Below are positions 1-13,107 of a stretch of 64,000 nucleotides of DNA, in pieces. Position 1 is the first letter of the stretch. Every line of letters begins with the position of its first letter. Location of the stretch: positions 16,499,098 through 16,563,097 of the forward strand of contig JAHRHZ010000266.1 in NCBI GenBank assembly GCA_024137785.1. The letters run 5' to 3'. The notes under the pieces are model-generated. The model was not told the DNA's origin. It did not search any database and saw only the letters and a program-made list of their open reading frames with translations. Source of the stretch: Ginglymostoma cirratum (taxonomy: Eukaryota). Made by a program: the position numbers and the translations under genes.

Positions 1-1040
1 TTCATTTAATGGTAAGGTCCTGGGGGGAGTTGCTAAACCGAGAGATCTTGGGGTGCAGGTTCATTGTTCCTTGAAAGTAGAGTTGCTGGTGGACAGGTTA
101 CTGAAGAAGGTATTTGGTATGCTTGCCTCTATTGGTCGGTGCATCGAATAATGGAGTTGGGAGGTCATGTTGCAGCTGTACAGCATAACGGTTAGGCCAC
201 TATTGGAATACTGTGTGCAATTCTGGTCTCCCTGCTATAAGAAGGATATTGTGAAACTTGAACAGGTTCAGAAAAGACTTACACGGATATTGCCAGGGTT
301 GGAGGGTTTGAGCGATAGGGAGAGCTGAATAAGCTGGGACTGTTTTCTCTGGAGCGTTGGAGGCTGAGGGGTGACCTTATAGAGGTTTAATAAATCACGA
401 GGGGCATGGATAGGGTGAAAAGCCAAGGTGTTCTCCCCAGGGTAGGGGAGTCCAAAACTAGAGGGCATAGGTTTAAGGTGAGAGGGGAAAAGATTTGAAA
501 GGGACCTAAGAGGTAATTTTTTCACACAGAGGGTGGAGCGTGTGTGGAATGAACTGCCAGAGGAAGTGGTAGAAGCTGGTAAAATTACAACATTTAAAAG
601 ACATCTGGATGTGCATATGAATAGGAAGTGTTTATATGGATATGGGCCAGATGCTGGCAAATGGGGTGGCATGGTTGCTGAGTGGTCAGCACTGCTGCCC
701 CACAGCACCAGGGACCTGAGTTCGATTCCACCATCGGGCGACTGTCTGTGTGGCGTTTGCACATTCTCCCCATGTCTGTGTGGGTTTCCTCCACGTGCTC
801 TGATTTCTTCCCACAGTGCTAAATTGCCCATAGTGTTCAGGGATGTGTAGACTAGGGAGGTTATATGGGGATGAGTTTGGGTGGGATGCTCTGAGGGTTG
901 GTGTGGAGATATTGGGCCAAATGGCCTATTTCTACATTGTAGGGATTCTATATTTTTTAAAAAATTAATTTAGGATATCTGGTCAGCATGGCCGAGTTGG
1001 ACCAAAGCGTCTGTTTCTGTGTTGTATATCTGTGACTCTG
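1..1040 (+). mobile_element. CR1 LINE 3' fragment (ORF2 C-terminus + 3' UTR), interrupted by a SINE at ~663-955
   Basis: Decayed reading of typical CR1 C-terminal motifs ([42 protein letters not shown]). The 3' UTR resumes at ~975 and ends in a degenerate microsatellite tail. Confidence 0.9.
663..955 (+). mobile_element. HE1-type tRNA-derived SINE
   Basis: A-box-like ggtggcatggttgctgagtgg, B-box-like gagttcgattcc, central gtggcgtttgcacattctcccc domain and CR1-like tail ending gggattctata. Confidence 0.85.
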
Positions 1041-1092
1041 TTTGCTCATGATAGCAATACATAGAGAGTGAAGCTTGACAATTTCACTAACT

Positions 1093-1470
1093 CCATAGAA
1101 ACATGGAAGATAGGGGCAGAAGGAGGCCATTCGGCCCTTCGAGCCTGCTCCGCCATTCATTACAATCATTGCTGATCGTCCAACTCAATAGCCTAATCCT
1201 GCTTTCTCCCCGTAACCTTTGATCCCATTCACCCCCAAGTGCTGTATCTAGTCACCTCTTGAATACATTCAATGTTTTGACATCAACTACTTCCTATGGA
1301 AATGAATTCCACAGGCTCACCACTGTTTGGGTGAAGAAATATATCTCCTCATCTCTGTCCTGAATGGTCTACCCTGAATCCTCATACTGTGACTCCTGGT
1401 TTTGGACACACACACAGTCAGGAACATCCTCCCTGCATCTACCCTGTCTAGTCCTGTGTGAATTTTATAA
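1093..1470 (-). mobile_element. CR1 LINE 3' end
   Basis: Reverse-strand tail catagaaacatggaagataggggcagaaggaggccattcggccc followed by reverse ORF2 end (aatgaattccacagg, accctgtctagtcct). Confidence 0.85.
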
Positions 1471-1549
1471 GACGGAATGTGTTCCATTTTGACCCACTCC
1501 TGGAGTCAGTATAAGTGAGGCAGTTGCAGTTGATTATTGTTCCTCAACT

Positions 1550-1700
1550 AACAAGGGAGTCAGTGATTATTGGGTGATGGGGGCATTGGAAATGTCGAGT
1601 TCAGGCCATGCTCAGAACAGCCATGATCTTATGGGGTAGTAGGGTAGGCTTGAGGGGCTGAATGGCCAACTCATGCTCCTAACTCGTAAATTTCCATGTA
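1550..1700 (+). mobile_element. CR1 3' UTR remnant
   Basis: aagggagtcag...cagccatgatctt...ggcttgaggggctgaatggcc, matching other CR1 3' UTRs in the window. Confidence 0.65.
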
Positions 1701-2339
1701 GCTACCAAGGGCACATCGGATACACACCATCATTGCGACTAAACTGTACTGTCAGCCCCCATCAAAACACCTGTAACCATAAAAGTATGGACTCTTGAAA
1801 TCCCATTGTCAGCTCAGTCATTGAATGACAGCAGGATATTTAAATCCAAATAATTATTTTGTCAATAGTGGAGCTGTTTGAAATTTAATCCACTTTCTAG
1901 TAATGAGCATAATGGACTCAAAAGGTGAAAATTTTGAAATTTGATCCACAGATATTCAAAGCTGTGGCATTAAACCTCTTTGAATCATTACTGTGATCAA
2001 TGGAACACGGGAAAGTAACCTTTCTGTTTACTCAGTGAATTGATTTCTCTGGGATAGAGTCGGAAATATTGTGATTCTGTTACCAAAAAAAGATGAAAAG
2101 CAATTTTCAAAAGGCTTGTGTATTTTGCTGACACGTGACTTATTGAAGTAAGTTGGTGAAGATGCATATTATTTGCATTCATGTGGAACCTTTCATGTCA
2201 ATATCAGCTAAAACATTCATGTGACAGGACTCTCCATGTACTTTATTGAATATAATTTTTTTTGCATCAACAACATATCTGCAGTTACGTTTCTGCAACA
2301 GTAGGAGTGAGTGTCCTCAAGCAGAAAGACTATTTTCCC

Positions 2340-3500
2340 TCGTATATTTCCCATCTGGGCCTCCTCCAGATGTCCCCAGCATCACAGATGCCAGTCTTCA
2401 GTCAATTTGATTCACTTCATTTGAGATCAAGAAGCAGAGGCACTGGATACTGCAAAGGCTATGGGCCCTGCAACATTCTAGCAAAGGTACTGAAGACTTG
2501 TGTTCCAGAATTTGCTGCTCCCCCAGCCAAGCTATTCCAGTCTAGTTACAACACTGACAATGTGGAAAATTTCCCAGGTGCGTCCTGTGCACAAAATCTA
2601 ATCCAGCCAATTACCACTCCATCAGTCTACTCTCGATTAACAGTAATGTGATCGGAGGTGTCATCGACAGTGCTGTTAATTAGCACCTGCTCAGCAATAA
2701 CCTGCTCAGTGACGCCCAGTTTGTGTTCCTCCAGGGCCACTCAGCTCCTGACCTCGTTGCAACTTTGGCTCAAACATGGACAGAAGAGTTGAATTCTAGA
2801 GGTGAGGCGAAAGTGACTGCCCTTGACATCAAGGCTTTATTTGATTAAGTGAAGGAACATAAAAGACTTGGAAAATCTGGAGTCAATGCAAATGAGGGGA
2901 TAACTCTTGCTCAACTGGACTAGCCATATAAATACAGTGGCTACAAGGGCTAGGAATACTCCAACAAGTAACTCACCTGAATCCCCAAAGACTGTCCACC
3001 ATCTACAAGGCTCAAGTCAGAACTGTGATGGAATACTCCCCACTTGCCTGGAAGGGTGCAGCCCCCACAACACTCAAGAAGCTTGATGACATCCAGGACA
3101 AAACAGCCCACTTGATTAGCACCACAACCACAAACGTTCAATCATCGCATTGACATTGCTGAGTAGCAGCAGTGTGTACTATTTACAAGATGCACTGCAG
3201 ACCTTCACCAACTTTACAGATCATGACCACTTCAATCTAGAAGGACAAGGGCAGTGGATACATGGGAACAGCACCACCTCCAACTTCCCTTCCAAGCTAC
3301 TCACCAGCCTGAGTTGGAAATATATTGCTATTCCTTCACTGTTGCTGGGTCAAGATCATGAAACTGCTCCCCTAACAGCATTGTTGGTCTACCTACAGCA
3401 GTGGTTCAAGAAAGCAGCTCACCACTACCTTCTCAGGGGTAATTAGTGATGGATAATGGTCAGGCCAGTGATGCCCACAACCCACAAAGTGAATAAATAA
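2340..3500 (+). mobile_element. Decayed L2/CR1-group LINE (RT region + 3' end)
   Basis: Fragments read KGYGPCNI..VLKTCVPEFAAP.AKLFQ.SY, ...DAQF.F.QGHSAPDL...LDIKA.FD (RT motifs). Ends gcccacaacccacaaagtgaataaataa. Same family in reverse at 17020-19915. Confidence 0.75.
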
Positions 3501-6477
3501 TTCTTAAAAGTACATAGCATTGAGTTGTAGGTGAGGGGAGAAAGGTGTGACAAAAAGTGCCTGTTGAAGAGGGAGAGAAAGAGGATCCCAAAGGAACCAT
3601 GAGAAAAATAATTCACAAATAAGATCAGTGGCCTGTGGCAATGAAATATAGACTAGTCAGCTTAAGGAAGCTGAAGACAGTGGCACATGTTTTAGCAATT
3701 AAAAATTTGGCAAGTCAGCCAAATACCATTATTGCCCTGTGATTGATTACATCTTAATTGTAAGCCATTTCAAATTTAGAACTATCCATCTCCACATCTA
3801 AGTCTCGAGCAACACTGAATGTTCAAATATCATAGTGTCTTGCATGCCTGTGCATAATACAGACTACTGAATCATGTCTTGTCTGGCAAAATGTATTGTA
3901 GTTCCTGTGGTACTCAGGGCAGCCTTTCTTATGCATCTGTCATGCAATAGCACTCCATTTCGCCAGCCATCAGCGAGGGGTACTTTATGTAGCTACTCCC
4001 CCACCTCCTTTTATTTTGAGTGTGGGCAGAAAACTAATGGTAGCAAATTATCCAATTTCCTTCTGATTATAAATGAAGACAATTCCCTCTGCTTCTTTTC
4101 TACAAACTTCATTTTGGGACTTATATTTTGAGGTTCTTTTAACTCATTTTTTTTCTCTCTCTCTCTGTCCCAGCCAACAAATTCTTAAATCACTTTTGAA
4201 TTGTTATAAAGGTTTCAGTTTGGTTTGCCATCACATGTAACCACTGACCTTTTAAATGTTTGGATACATTTATATTTGAGCTGTGCTTAGATTTCTCTCA
4301 ATTCCCATTAGGTTGGTGCGAGTGAAACATACGAATTTATGTCCAGTGGTTCAAAACAGTTAAACCTACGAAACTGAGCATTTTAAATGAACTGGTCTCA
4401 GGCTCAAACATTGCTTGCACTGATTTGGACAGTCATGTGAAAGAAAGGCTCATAAATTCTGTGATGAATTTTGCACTTTGTCCAATGTGCCTGATTTTCT
4501 CTGTGGAACTAATAATTGTGTGATGAGATTATGGCAACTCATTTTGGGACAATTGTGAGGGTGTAGAGTTGTGCAGAGGAGCGTAACAGAGAAACTTGTT
4601 TACCATAGTTGCTCACTGATTCACTGAAAGGCACTAGATTGTTGCTTTAAAACAGTAATGATCCTGCCCTTGGTAATACATGCAATACCACTTTGAAACC
4701 ATCTAGAATGTAGTTTGATTCCAAGAGATGTGGTGTGTCTGTGGAAATATGTCTGTGCTTGCACTATGTTGGTCCCAGGACATTAAGAAACCTTGTTCAG
4801 CATAGTCAACTTCAACTTGACTTATTCTGTTATTGCTGCTAATCCCAGAGAAACTAACATAGTATGCAATTCTATAAACAATCCGCCAAGATGTATGACT
4901 AATACATATGATCAGTGCAGCATTGCAATCTCCAGTATAAAATGTCAGACATGACGAGGATGTCGGTTGCCATCATAGTCCTTGATGTGGCTGTTTGAGT
5001 AGTCAGGTTGTTTTAGGTGTTACCTGTCTTGGATTTGGATCTGGTTAGTTTTTTGAGTGCTGGATCCTTTTTCTCAGAGTGAGAACTCCTCGTGAGCCTT
5101 CTCATCTTGCCGTCACATTCCTAATTGTCACTCTGTCACCTTCCTCTCCTTGGCTGTAATCTCTGTAGCTTTAGGCATTCGGGTGGACTGTTCTTTGTTA
5201 TTGTACCGTACCTGTATTCCCATACTATACGGCAGTTGTGTCCCTATTGACAGAATACTTTTGAGTAGTTGGGATTCAGTTAATTTTGAGATGTGTGCTT
5301 CAAAGTAGGTAATTAATCTGAAATTTAAAAAAGAACGCAAAGGTTTAGGGAAGTTTTGGATGTGAACTCTTCCATACCTGAGGGACTTGTTTTTTGACGT
5401 GTCCCTTGTGAATCCACTGAAAATGGGTCACAGCAGAAAGATTCCTTCAGAGAATGGGAGCTATAGCAGAAACGCAGGGCTAGAAATTTGCAAATACTTG
5501 GGAGTGAAATCCACCACATTTAGATTTCTCGTACAATATGAATTTTAAATACATCACAATAAACTTATTAACAATGACCAAGATCATTTGTGATACCTAG
5601 GTGCATTGCAGTTGTGATGAAATGAGCTCTGTAAAGCTGTTGTGAAATAAAACTGAATATTTGCTGGGCTTCACCTTTCTTGACTTAGAAAAAGATCAGA
5701 AGTTGCCATTTGGGAATTTTCTTTCAGATCACAAAATACTACATACATTAGAAAAGTTTAGATTAAGAAAGAAAACTATTTGGTCAATTGAAACTCTTCC
5801 CTCTGGTACTCCAAATCTCCCATTATAATTTCAAACTATATTTAAACATTTTTAATGTTCTGATCTTCACAATCCTCTCTGACAGATTGTTCTGAACACT
5901 AATTGTCTTCTGAACAAATATTTCTTCGAATATGGGTTTAAAATTACTTTTTGCTCACTTAACTTTTGTCTTCTGGTCTAACTTTGAACAAATGTTCTCG
6001 CAGCTTCTTATCCATCCCTGAAGTGACCTCTCACTGGATTATGCAGCTCAAATGTCTCTAATCTTCCTTTAGAGTTCATCCTTTTAACTTTGCAATCTAA
6101 TTGTTGCTCTGCTGCGCACAATCTCCAATGTTAGCATATGTATTTGAAGTGAATTGACTACAATTGAACCCAATACCCCAAGTGTCAACTCGCCTTTCTG
6201 AAAAAAAGAAAGTCACGCTTTTATTTAACATCATTTAGAATCGTCAGATGTCTCAAAGCATTTTCTGAAGTGTAATCATTGTTGTAATGTAAGAAACAGG
6301 ATGGCCAATTTTTCTATAGTGTGCTTTCGCAAACATCAATCTGATAACAACTTGATAGTCTGATTATGTAGGTTAATTGAGGGATAAAATTAAGCTGTGA
6401 CACTTGGGAATAGCTGTCGTTCTGTCCCTACCTCTGAGCCAGGAGACCTGGGTTCAAGTCCTACCTGCACGAGACGT

Positions 6478-6747
6478 CATAGAATCCCTACAATGTGGAA
6501 ACAGGCCCTTCAGCCCAATAGGTCCACACTGATCCATTCCACCTAATCTCCATATCCCTGAACACTACGGGCAATTTAGCATGGCCAATCCTCCTAGCCT
6601 ACACATCTTTGGACTGTGGGAAGAAACCCATGCAGACATGGGGAGAATGTAAAAACTCCACACAGACAGTCACCCAGCAGTGGAATTGAACCTGGGTCCC
6701 TAGCACTGCAAGGCAGCACTGCTAACCACTGAACCATCGTGCCACCC
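6478..6747 (-). mobile_element. HE1-type tRNA-derived SINE
   Basis: Reverse complement of the 663-955 family (catagaatccctacaatgtggaaacaggccc...gctaaccactgaaccatcgtgccaccc). Confidence 0.9.
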
Positions 6748-6762
6748 ATTAATGCTTGGGTC

Positions 6763-6820
6763 CTCCCCAGCAGAGAATTGAACCCCAGTCTCCCTCGTGA
6801 CAGGCGGGGATACTAACCAC
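6763..6820 (-). pseudogene. 5'-truncated tRNA-Asp(GTC) pseudogene
   Basis: Reverse complement gtggttagtatccccgcctGTCacgagggagactggggttcaattctctgctggggag closely resembles vertebrate tRNA-Asp from the D-loop to the 3' acceptor strand. The 5' acceptor strand is missing. Confidence 0.85.
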
Positions 6821-7949
6821 ACTCTGAACAGGTTGATTAGGAACTATCTAACTTGCATGTTGTTCTTCAGTGTAGTTCCACACAGCTCTTACATCAAAGT
6901 GAGTTAGTAGTCAGGCAGGTTTAATACCTCACCTGAATAAGGCACATAAAGCTGTAACACTCCCTCAGTAGTGCATGGGAGCCTTGATCTTTGGACTTAA
7001 GTTCTGGAGTGCATCTTGAACTCAGAGGCAAAGAGTGCTATCATTTGAGCCACAGCTGCACTATGAAGCTACGACACAAATTCTGGAGACCTGTTATGAA
7101 AGGTTTTTGCCTTCAGCAAAATGGACTGGAAACCAAACAGTTTTTAGTGAAGGGTGAGAAAATTGGTCTGCTGGATCATAGTCCAGACAGCGGAAATGAT
7201 GACAATCCAAGCACTCCACAATTACTTACAGCAATGCTCCATTTGGTATTTTCAGGGAAAGGTCCCAATTTATGTCAGCTCTTGCTGTGACTTGCCTGGC
7301 CCCTGTTAGATAGTTCAGCTGCCGTTGTGAATCTGACTGCGTGCCGAGAGACATTGGTCTAAGGCTGAAGGTGTGCCCGGGCCCGATCTAGATGCATCCA
7401 ATTAGCTTGAGATGCCAGACCAGTATCACACTGGGATGAGCTAATAAGGGCTGAACAACATCTGACCACCCTTGGCCACAGACATCCGGATATGGTGGAG
7501 TGAAGCAGGTGGAGTGGGCTCAGGACATTGATGACCCACATGATAATTAAGTGTTTGTTTTTGACTGGCGCAGACTCGATGGGCTGAAAGGCCTTATTCA
7601 GTGTTGTAGACCTCTGTCTATGACACAGTATTTTCATGGAACACTCCTCCTCTCTGGCTTCATAGAAACGATGAAAAAGGTTTATTTCTGATTTCCAGCA
7701 TCCGCAGTTCTTAAGGTTTTGTTTTTGTTGAAAAGGTTTGCAGTTGTTTTCTGAGCAGCTTCTTATTCTTTAAGGTCAATTTTGGCAGCTGATAGCCCAC
7801 AGCAATCAGCATCTGTGGCAAAAGCCCTGCCCATAAATTTGTGAAAATTGTTAATTTTTACAGTGCGGTTTCTACCATAGGCAGTAAGATGTGAACTTAA
7901 CACACAAGGCACCCAGGCCAGAATTCTCATCCCCGCTACGATCTTCCAA

Positions 7950-8898
7950 AGGTGATTTGGATGAGAATATAAAAGGCATGGTTAGTAAGTTTGCGGATAA
8001 CACCAAAATTGATGGCATTGTAGACAATGAAGAAAGTTTTCTAACATTACAGAGGGATCCTGATCAAATGGGTCAATGGGATGAAAAATGGCAGATGGAG
8101 TTCAATCTGGATAAATGTGAGGTATTGCATTTCGGTACAGCAAACAAGGGTAGGGCTTATACAATTAATGGTAGGGCATTAGGTAATGTTTTAGAGCAGA
8201 GGGACCTCGGGTGAATGTACATAATTCTCTACAGTTTGTGTCCCATATAGACAGGATGGTTAAAAAGGCATTTTGCACGCTTGTTTTCATTGCTCAGTCC
8301 TTTGAGTATAGGAGCTGGGACATTATAGTGAGCTTGTACAGGACATTGGTGAGGCCTCTTCTGGAATACTGTATCCAGTTCTGGTTGCCCAGTTATAGGA
8401 AAGATATTATCAAGCTGGAGAGCGTTCAAAGAGATCTACCAGGGTGTAGCCAGGTATGGAAGGTTTCAGTTATAAGGAAAGGCTGGATAGGCTGGGACTT
8501 TTTTCACTGGAGTGTAGGAGGTTGAGAGGTGACCTTGTAGAAGTTTATAAAATAATGAGGGGTACGGATGGAGTTGATGGTATTTGTCTTTTCCTGAGGA
8601 TGGGCAATTTCAAGACTAGGGGCCACATGTTTAAGGTGAGAGGAGAGAGGTTTTAAAAAGATATAAGAGGCAAATTTTTTACACAAAAGGTAGTTCGCAT
8701 GTGGAATGAACTTCCTAATGAAGTGATGGACTCGGGTACAATTACAGCGTTTAAAAGACATTTGGATGGAAAAGTGAATAGGAAAGGTTTGGAAGGAATA
8801 CGGGCCAGGAGCAGGCAGGTGGGATGAATTTAGTTTGAGATTATGTTCAGCACGGACTTGTTGGACCGAAGGATCTGTTTCCATGCTGTATGATTCTG
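7950..8898 (+). mobile_element. 5'-truncated CR1 LINE (RT C-terminal half + 3' UTR)
   Basis: ORFs 7891-8656 read [39 protein letters not shown] and RRLRGDLVEVYKIM, with frameshifts. Confidence 0.95.
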
Positions 8899-9091
8899 TG
8901 TCAGCAGCAATCAGGGCTGAGGCCTGGCTCCCTGCAAACAGTGAGCAGACAGTCATTAAAGGAAGTTAATGGCCTACTATGGCAAGTTATCAACGGACAA
9001 TTTCTCATACAGCCTGTAGGTCCCCAAGGGACTAGAAACTCGGTCATCTGCCTCCCTCTGCCAGCCCAGAGAGACCAGGCAGGCTTCATGA

Positions 9092-9190
9092 TTTTATCTG
9101 AAGAAGAGTCTAGGCCCAAAACATCAGCCTTCCTGCTCCTCTGATGCTGCTTGGCCTGCTGTGTTCATCCAGCCCTACACCTTGTTATCT
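9092..9190 (+). mobile_element. Short hammerhead-motif element, family A (Penelope pLTR-derived)
   Basis: ctgaaga (9098)-agagtctaggccc-aaaacatc then the body ctgctcctctgatgctgcttggcc...cttgttatct. Perfect 12-bp TSD caggcttcatga at 9080-9091 and 9191-9202. Confidence 0.85.
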
Positions 9191-9644
9191 CAGGCTTCAT
9201 GACCTGACTGGTGAAACCATTGTTTTACATGTAAAAATGTCAGAAGCACCGCCAGAGAGACAGAGTTTCTCTCCCTTACATAAACGACACATGTACACTC
9301 TAACCACACTAAAGAGGTGGTCCACCTTCTTTAATTGGATGGAAAGCACACTCTTTGGCCTCTGTTAAACAATTTAGGGAAAGATTGCTTCCGATACCTG
9401 TTTGTTGAACAGTGCAGGATGCAACTCTCATTTGACCCCAGGGACTGTGCGCTAATGTGAAAGTCTGCCCCTTAATGACTGTTCCAGCCTCATTCTCCGC
9501 GCACTCAGCAATTGCTGACTACTGGGTTCGTCAACCAGCGCCAAATCAGGTAAGCACGAGGCACAGACACTGAAGTCAAAATTTGTCATCTCAGTGTTTT
9601 TTTCATGCCTAGAAATGAGTGAAAACATGTTGAATTCCTCCCAT

Positions 9645-9790
9645 AATACAAACAGAAAGGGCTGAGGAAACTCAGCAGGCCTGGCAGCATCTGTGCAGAG
9701 AGAAACAGCATTCATGTTTCTCCTCCACTGTGTCTCTTCAAAACTTATAATTCTGATCTCCAGTGTCTGTAGAACCTTGCTTTTACTTCA
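9645..9790 (-). mobile_element. Decayed family B hammerhead-motif element with inverted tail
   Basis: aaactcagcaggcctggcagcatctgtgcagagagaaacag (reverse body) followed by a forward tail ctgatctccagtgtctgtagaaccttgctttt. Confidence 0.6.
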
Positions 9791-12700
9791 ACTTCTCCCA
9801 ATTTAGTTTGTTTCTTCCAACGTCCACCATTTAAAAGAAGTACTCTGTAACTCTGAATATTTAGCTCACTATTTACTAATTAACTTCTTGTTCAGTGTAA
9901 AATTTACTGTTTCTTTCTGTTTTACTTCATGTTCTGGGAAACCAGGACTGGTGAGTTTGCTCCTACCATTCCTGCAATAAAATTCAACCCCTTTCCATTG
10001 GTTTTGCAGGGATCTTGGAGTCAGTAACAAGGAAATGGAGGGAGGTGTTGCAGGAAAATAGAGAAGGGGAGAGAGAGTTTTGATGTCTTATGGAACTTTA
10101 TTCTGTGTTTCTAAGAAAGTTTAATAAAAGGGATTCCACCGCCCAGTTTCATAGCTGTAGAATACTGAAAGTAATCAAAGAGTGATTGTCAGGCAGGTCA
10201 GTTCCCCTGGAACCTGCTTCTAAAGTTATTGCTTTACACATACTCCTCCAACTAGTCACTTTTGAATCACTGAAATTCCAGTGCCTGTTACTGATGGTAG
10301 GCTAATGGGACCCATCATTATATAGGTCAAGTTTGGTCAATGTCTGCTTGCTTCCAGCCCTGTGGAGTCTCATCAACACTCAAATGATTCCCTCATGATA
10401 GCAGCCAGTTGCCTGCAAATGTCCTCCCTCGTTTCTTTTGGAACTTGAGTGTGTCTCCCAATAGACCCAGGAGATCATTTAGTCTTAAGTCCCTTTATTG
10501 TGTCCAATGAAACTGCCAGATTGAATTAAAATTCTGAAGTTAAGTCGGTTTGTATTATCCCTTCTGTTCAATACGTCAGGAAGTTATTTAAATATTACAT
10601 ACGCTTTATTGGCTCTGTTATCTTTTTAGACTTCTAACTTTCTCTCAACTGCACATTTCCTATTAAAATACTTTAAGAATTTTATTAATATTGATCTTTT
10701 TTTCTTTGGAACTGTGCTTTTCCACAGAGCACTTTTAGTCTTTTTAATGTGCTATTCGAAACTCCCGCACGCTTAAGAGTTCACCTGCTTCTCTGCTCGA
10801 AATTTATAATTTGTCATCCTTTTCTCCCGCATATTTCATTGTTTATCTTTTCCACTTTGAAGACTATTGATTTTGCTGAAGCTTGGCCTTCTACTATATC
10901 CATTTAATTTGCTGCTTTAACTCCAAATGGGTGAAAATTCAAATTAAATCACAACAATACAGTCATACCAAATCTCACCAGTGCAATTGTGCTAAATCAC
11001 ACCAATGCAATCTCGCCATCAGCGAAGACCTCTTCTAGCAGAGAGAGAGGAATTCAATATTTGCACATTAAGCATTTTTATGTAAAGCAGCCATCAGTTA
11101 TTTTCCAGGTTGTCATTTTCAAAGTGTTACGTTTGTTTTTTAGCCGAATTATTTGCAGGAAATACATTCCGAGTTAATTTCTCTGAGTCGGCTGGTATAG
11201 CACAGATATAGACTGCTGTTGGTAACCAGTCCATCCCTCTGGTTTAACAGTGCATTTACATTGTGAAAGCAGGTCATACTGCTACTATAAGGAGCCTGTT
11301 CTATAAGCACTCGCCCTAAAGTGGTGTTGATACTGGAAGGACGTCATTGCACTAAAGGGCGATTGATAACTTCGAACAAAGAGATACGACTCAGCATTGA
11401 GGAGGCCGTTGGAAGCAATGGAGCCACTGGCTTCAAATGATTGCATGGCAGTACAGTCGAGCCTGCATCTACTGGCTACGCCGCTATTTAATTGCAGCAC
11501 ATTTAATGGAAATTAACCTCATTACTTATTTATACCGACTATAAAGTTGAGAGCTGTCTGTACATTTCACTGACTTTGCATTGTGATTTTACACAAGCAT
11601 CTGGGATGTTGAGAGAACCATTGGTTTCGCGTTCCCTATAAAAATGTAATGTGTCACTGAGCCAGCTGCTTCCCAGAATCAGCAAGGCAAGCACTTGTCC
11701 CTCAATGACTTATCGTTGCACTTGAGGGAAATCAAATCCACTAGAGTTCCTCCCCTGTGCTGTCAGTCAGTACTCCCCACTGGACAGTCATATGTGCAGT
11801 CACTAGGTGAGTGTAACTGTAATGGTCTCCCAACAGGCTCTGAAGGGGATATATTTTAATTATCCATCATGGAGGCCTTAGCTGTGAAATCACATTTTCA
11901 TCAGAGACACCCTACTTATCCTGGTGCTGTTACTATGTATACTATATATTGGGTTCTTCAAGAGAGGAGGAAGCGAGACCACAATTTCACTGGAGGAGTC
12001 TTTCAGATTAAGCATACAATTCTTAATCTTCAGGAGCCCTATAGGCAGAGGACAGTATTCAAAAAAGATCAAATGTTTGAGCAGGTGGTTCAGTTTTCCC
12101 ATTTTTGCACTGTTTTCTCCCTTCTCTTCCTTTAATGTGTACTGGGGTATGTTCCATGGACTGACGAAGCGTTTGTGAAGCTGGATGGAAATGTTGCCTG
12201 ACCCTGTTCCAACCATTGAAAGTAGCACAGCTGATCCCACCCCATCCTCCAGCTCAGGCTGTTTGCTTTAGTTGAATGAAATGGTGGAGGTTTCATCACC
12301 AGACCTCTAACTTTCTACCGCGCCGCCTTACCCCTTCCCCTCCACAGAATTTCCTGTTAGTTGGTCATCACACAGGATTACACTTGGAAAGAGACTGATG
12401 GCACAGCAAAAGGTCTTTCAGCCCATCCAGTCCATGCTATTCTTCTATGCTGCACTCATGCAGTCTCCCCTCTTTCCTCTGAAGTGCTGTCCAAACCCCC
12501 TGTGTTCCCATCTCCCTTGTATGCTTGCCTCGCCTGTTCTTAAATACATCTGTACGATTTACCTCAACCATTCCTTGTTGTAGGGACGTTCACATTCTCA
12601 CCGCTCTTTGAGTGAGGAAGTTTCTGCTGAATTTCCTGTTGGATTTCTTTGTGAATATCTCCTTATTTTGTATTACCATGATCCACTTCTGTTGGAAAGC

Positions 12701-13107
12701 GTTTGCATTCTTTGTCACCTGATTCTTTGGCAATCAAATAAAGACATTTTTCCATGTTCCGATACCGTTGCAACTTATGAACGAAAGTTTTCAAAGTATG
12801 TGAGAAAAGATTATACCATTTTCTCAAAGCCATACTGATTTTTCTGTTGAATCCTTGACAGCAGTGTCTTTAAGGTGAATCTTCAATGCCTGGTAACTCC
12901 CTGATTGTGACAACCTTCATTTCACTTGTAGTGACACACAGCATTAAAGAGTAGGAGATCTGGACTGGGAATAGCCCCTGTCATCCCGACCCCAACCCCG
13001 GAAGTCTGAGGTCAGTTCTAGCACCCTAATTTTATATAATAGTCTAGCCTAACGAAGTAATCAAGATTACTGAGACAGTGAGTCCGTAAGCTACAACTCA
13101 AGGTTAA

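Larger units (their letters stand above)
6215..7060 (-). mobile_element. Old Deu-domain-like (SacSINE/AmnSINE-like) SINE split by nested insertions
   Basis: 3' part at 6215-6420 (gatgtctcaaagc...tgaagtgtaatcattgttgtaatgtaagaaac) and core/head at 6900-7060 (cacctgaa...actccctcagtagtgca...gagtgctatcatttgagccacagctg). Related pieces lie near 16130-16330, 34110-34480, 43120-43700 and 45780-46000. Confidence 0.55.

Noticed and set aside
663-735. tRNA-like heads of HE1 and other SINEs as functional tRNA genes
   Set aside because: They continue into SINE bodies and lack a complete cloverleaf.
268-831. 187-aa minus-strand ORF and similar antisense ORFs over CR1/HE1 copies (e.g. 8504-8956, 54019-54441, 62407-62763)
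   Set aside because: Antisense translations of repeats, not host genes.
4640-5340. Minus-strand coding-like stretch (possible retroviral or env relic)
   Set aside because: Multiple stops and no motif I can identify, so it is unsupported without a search.
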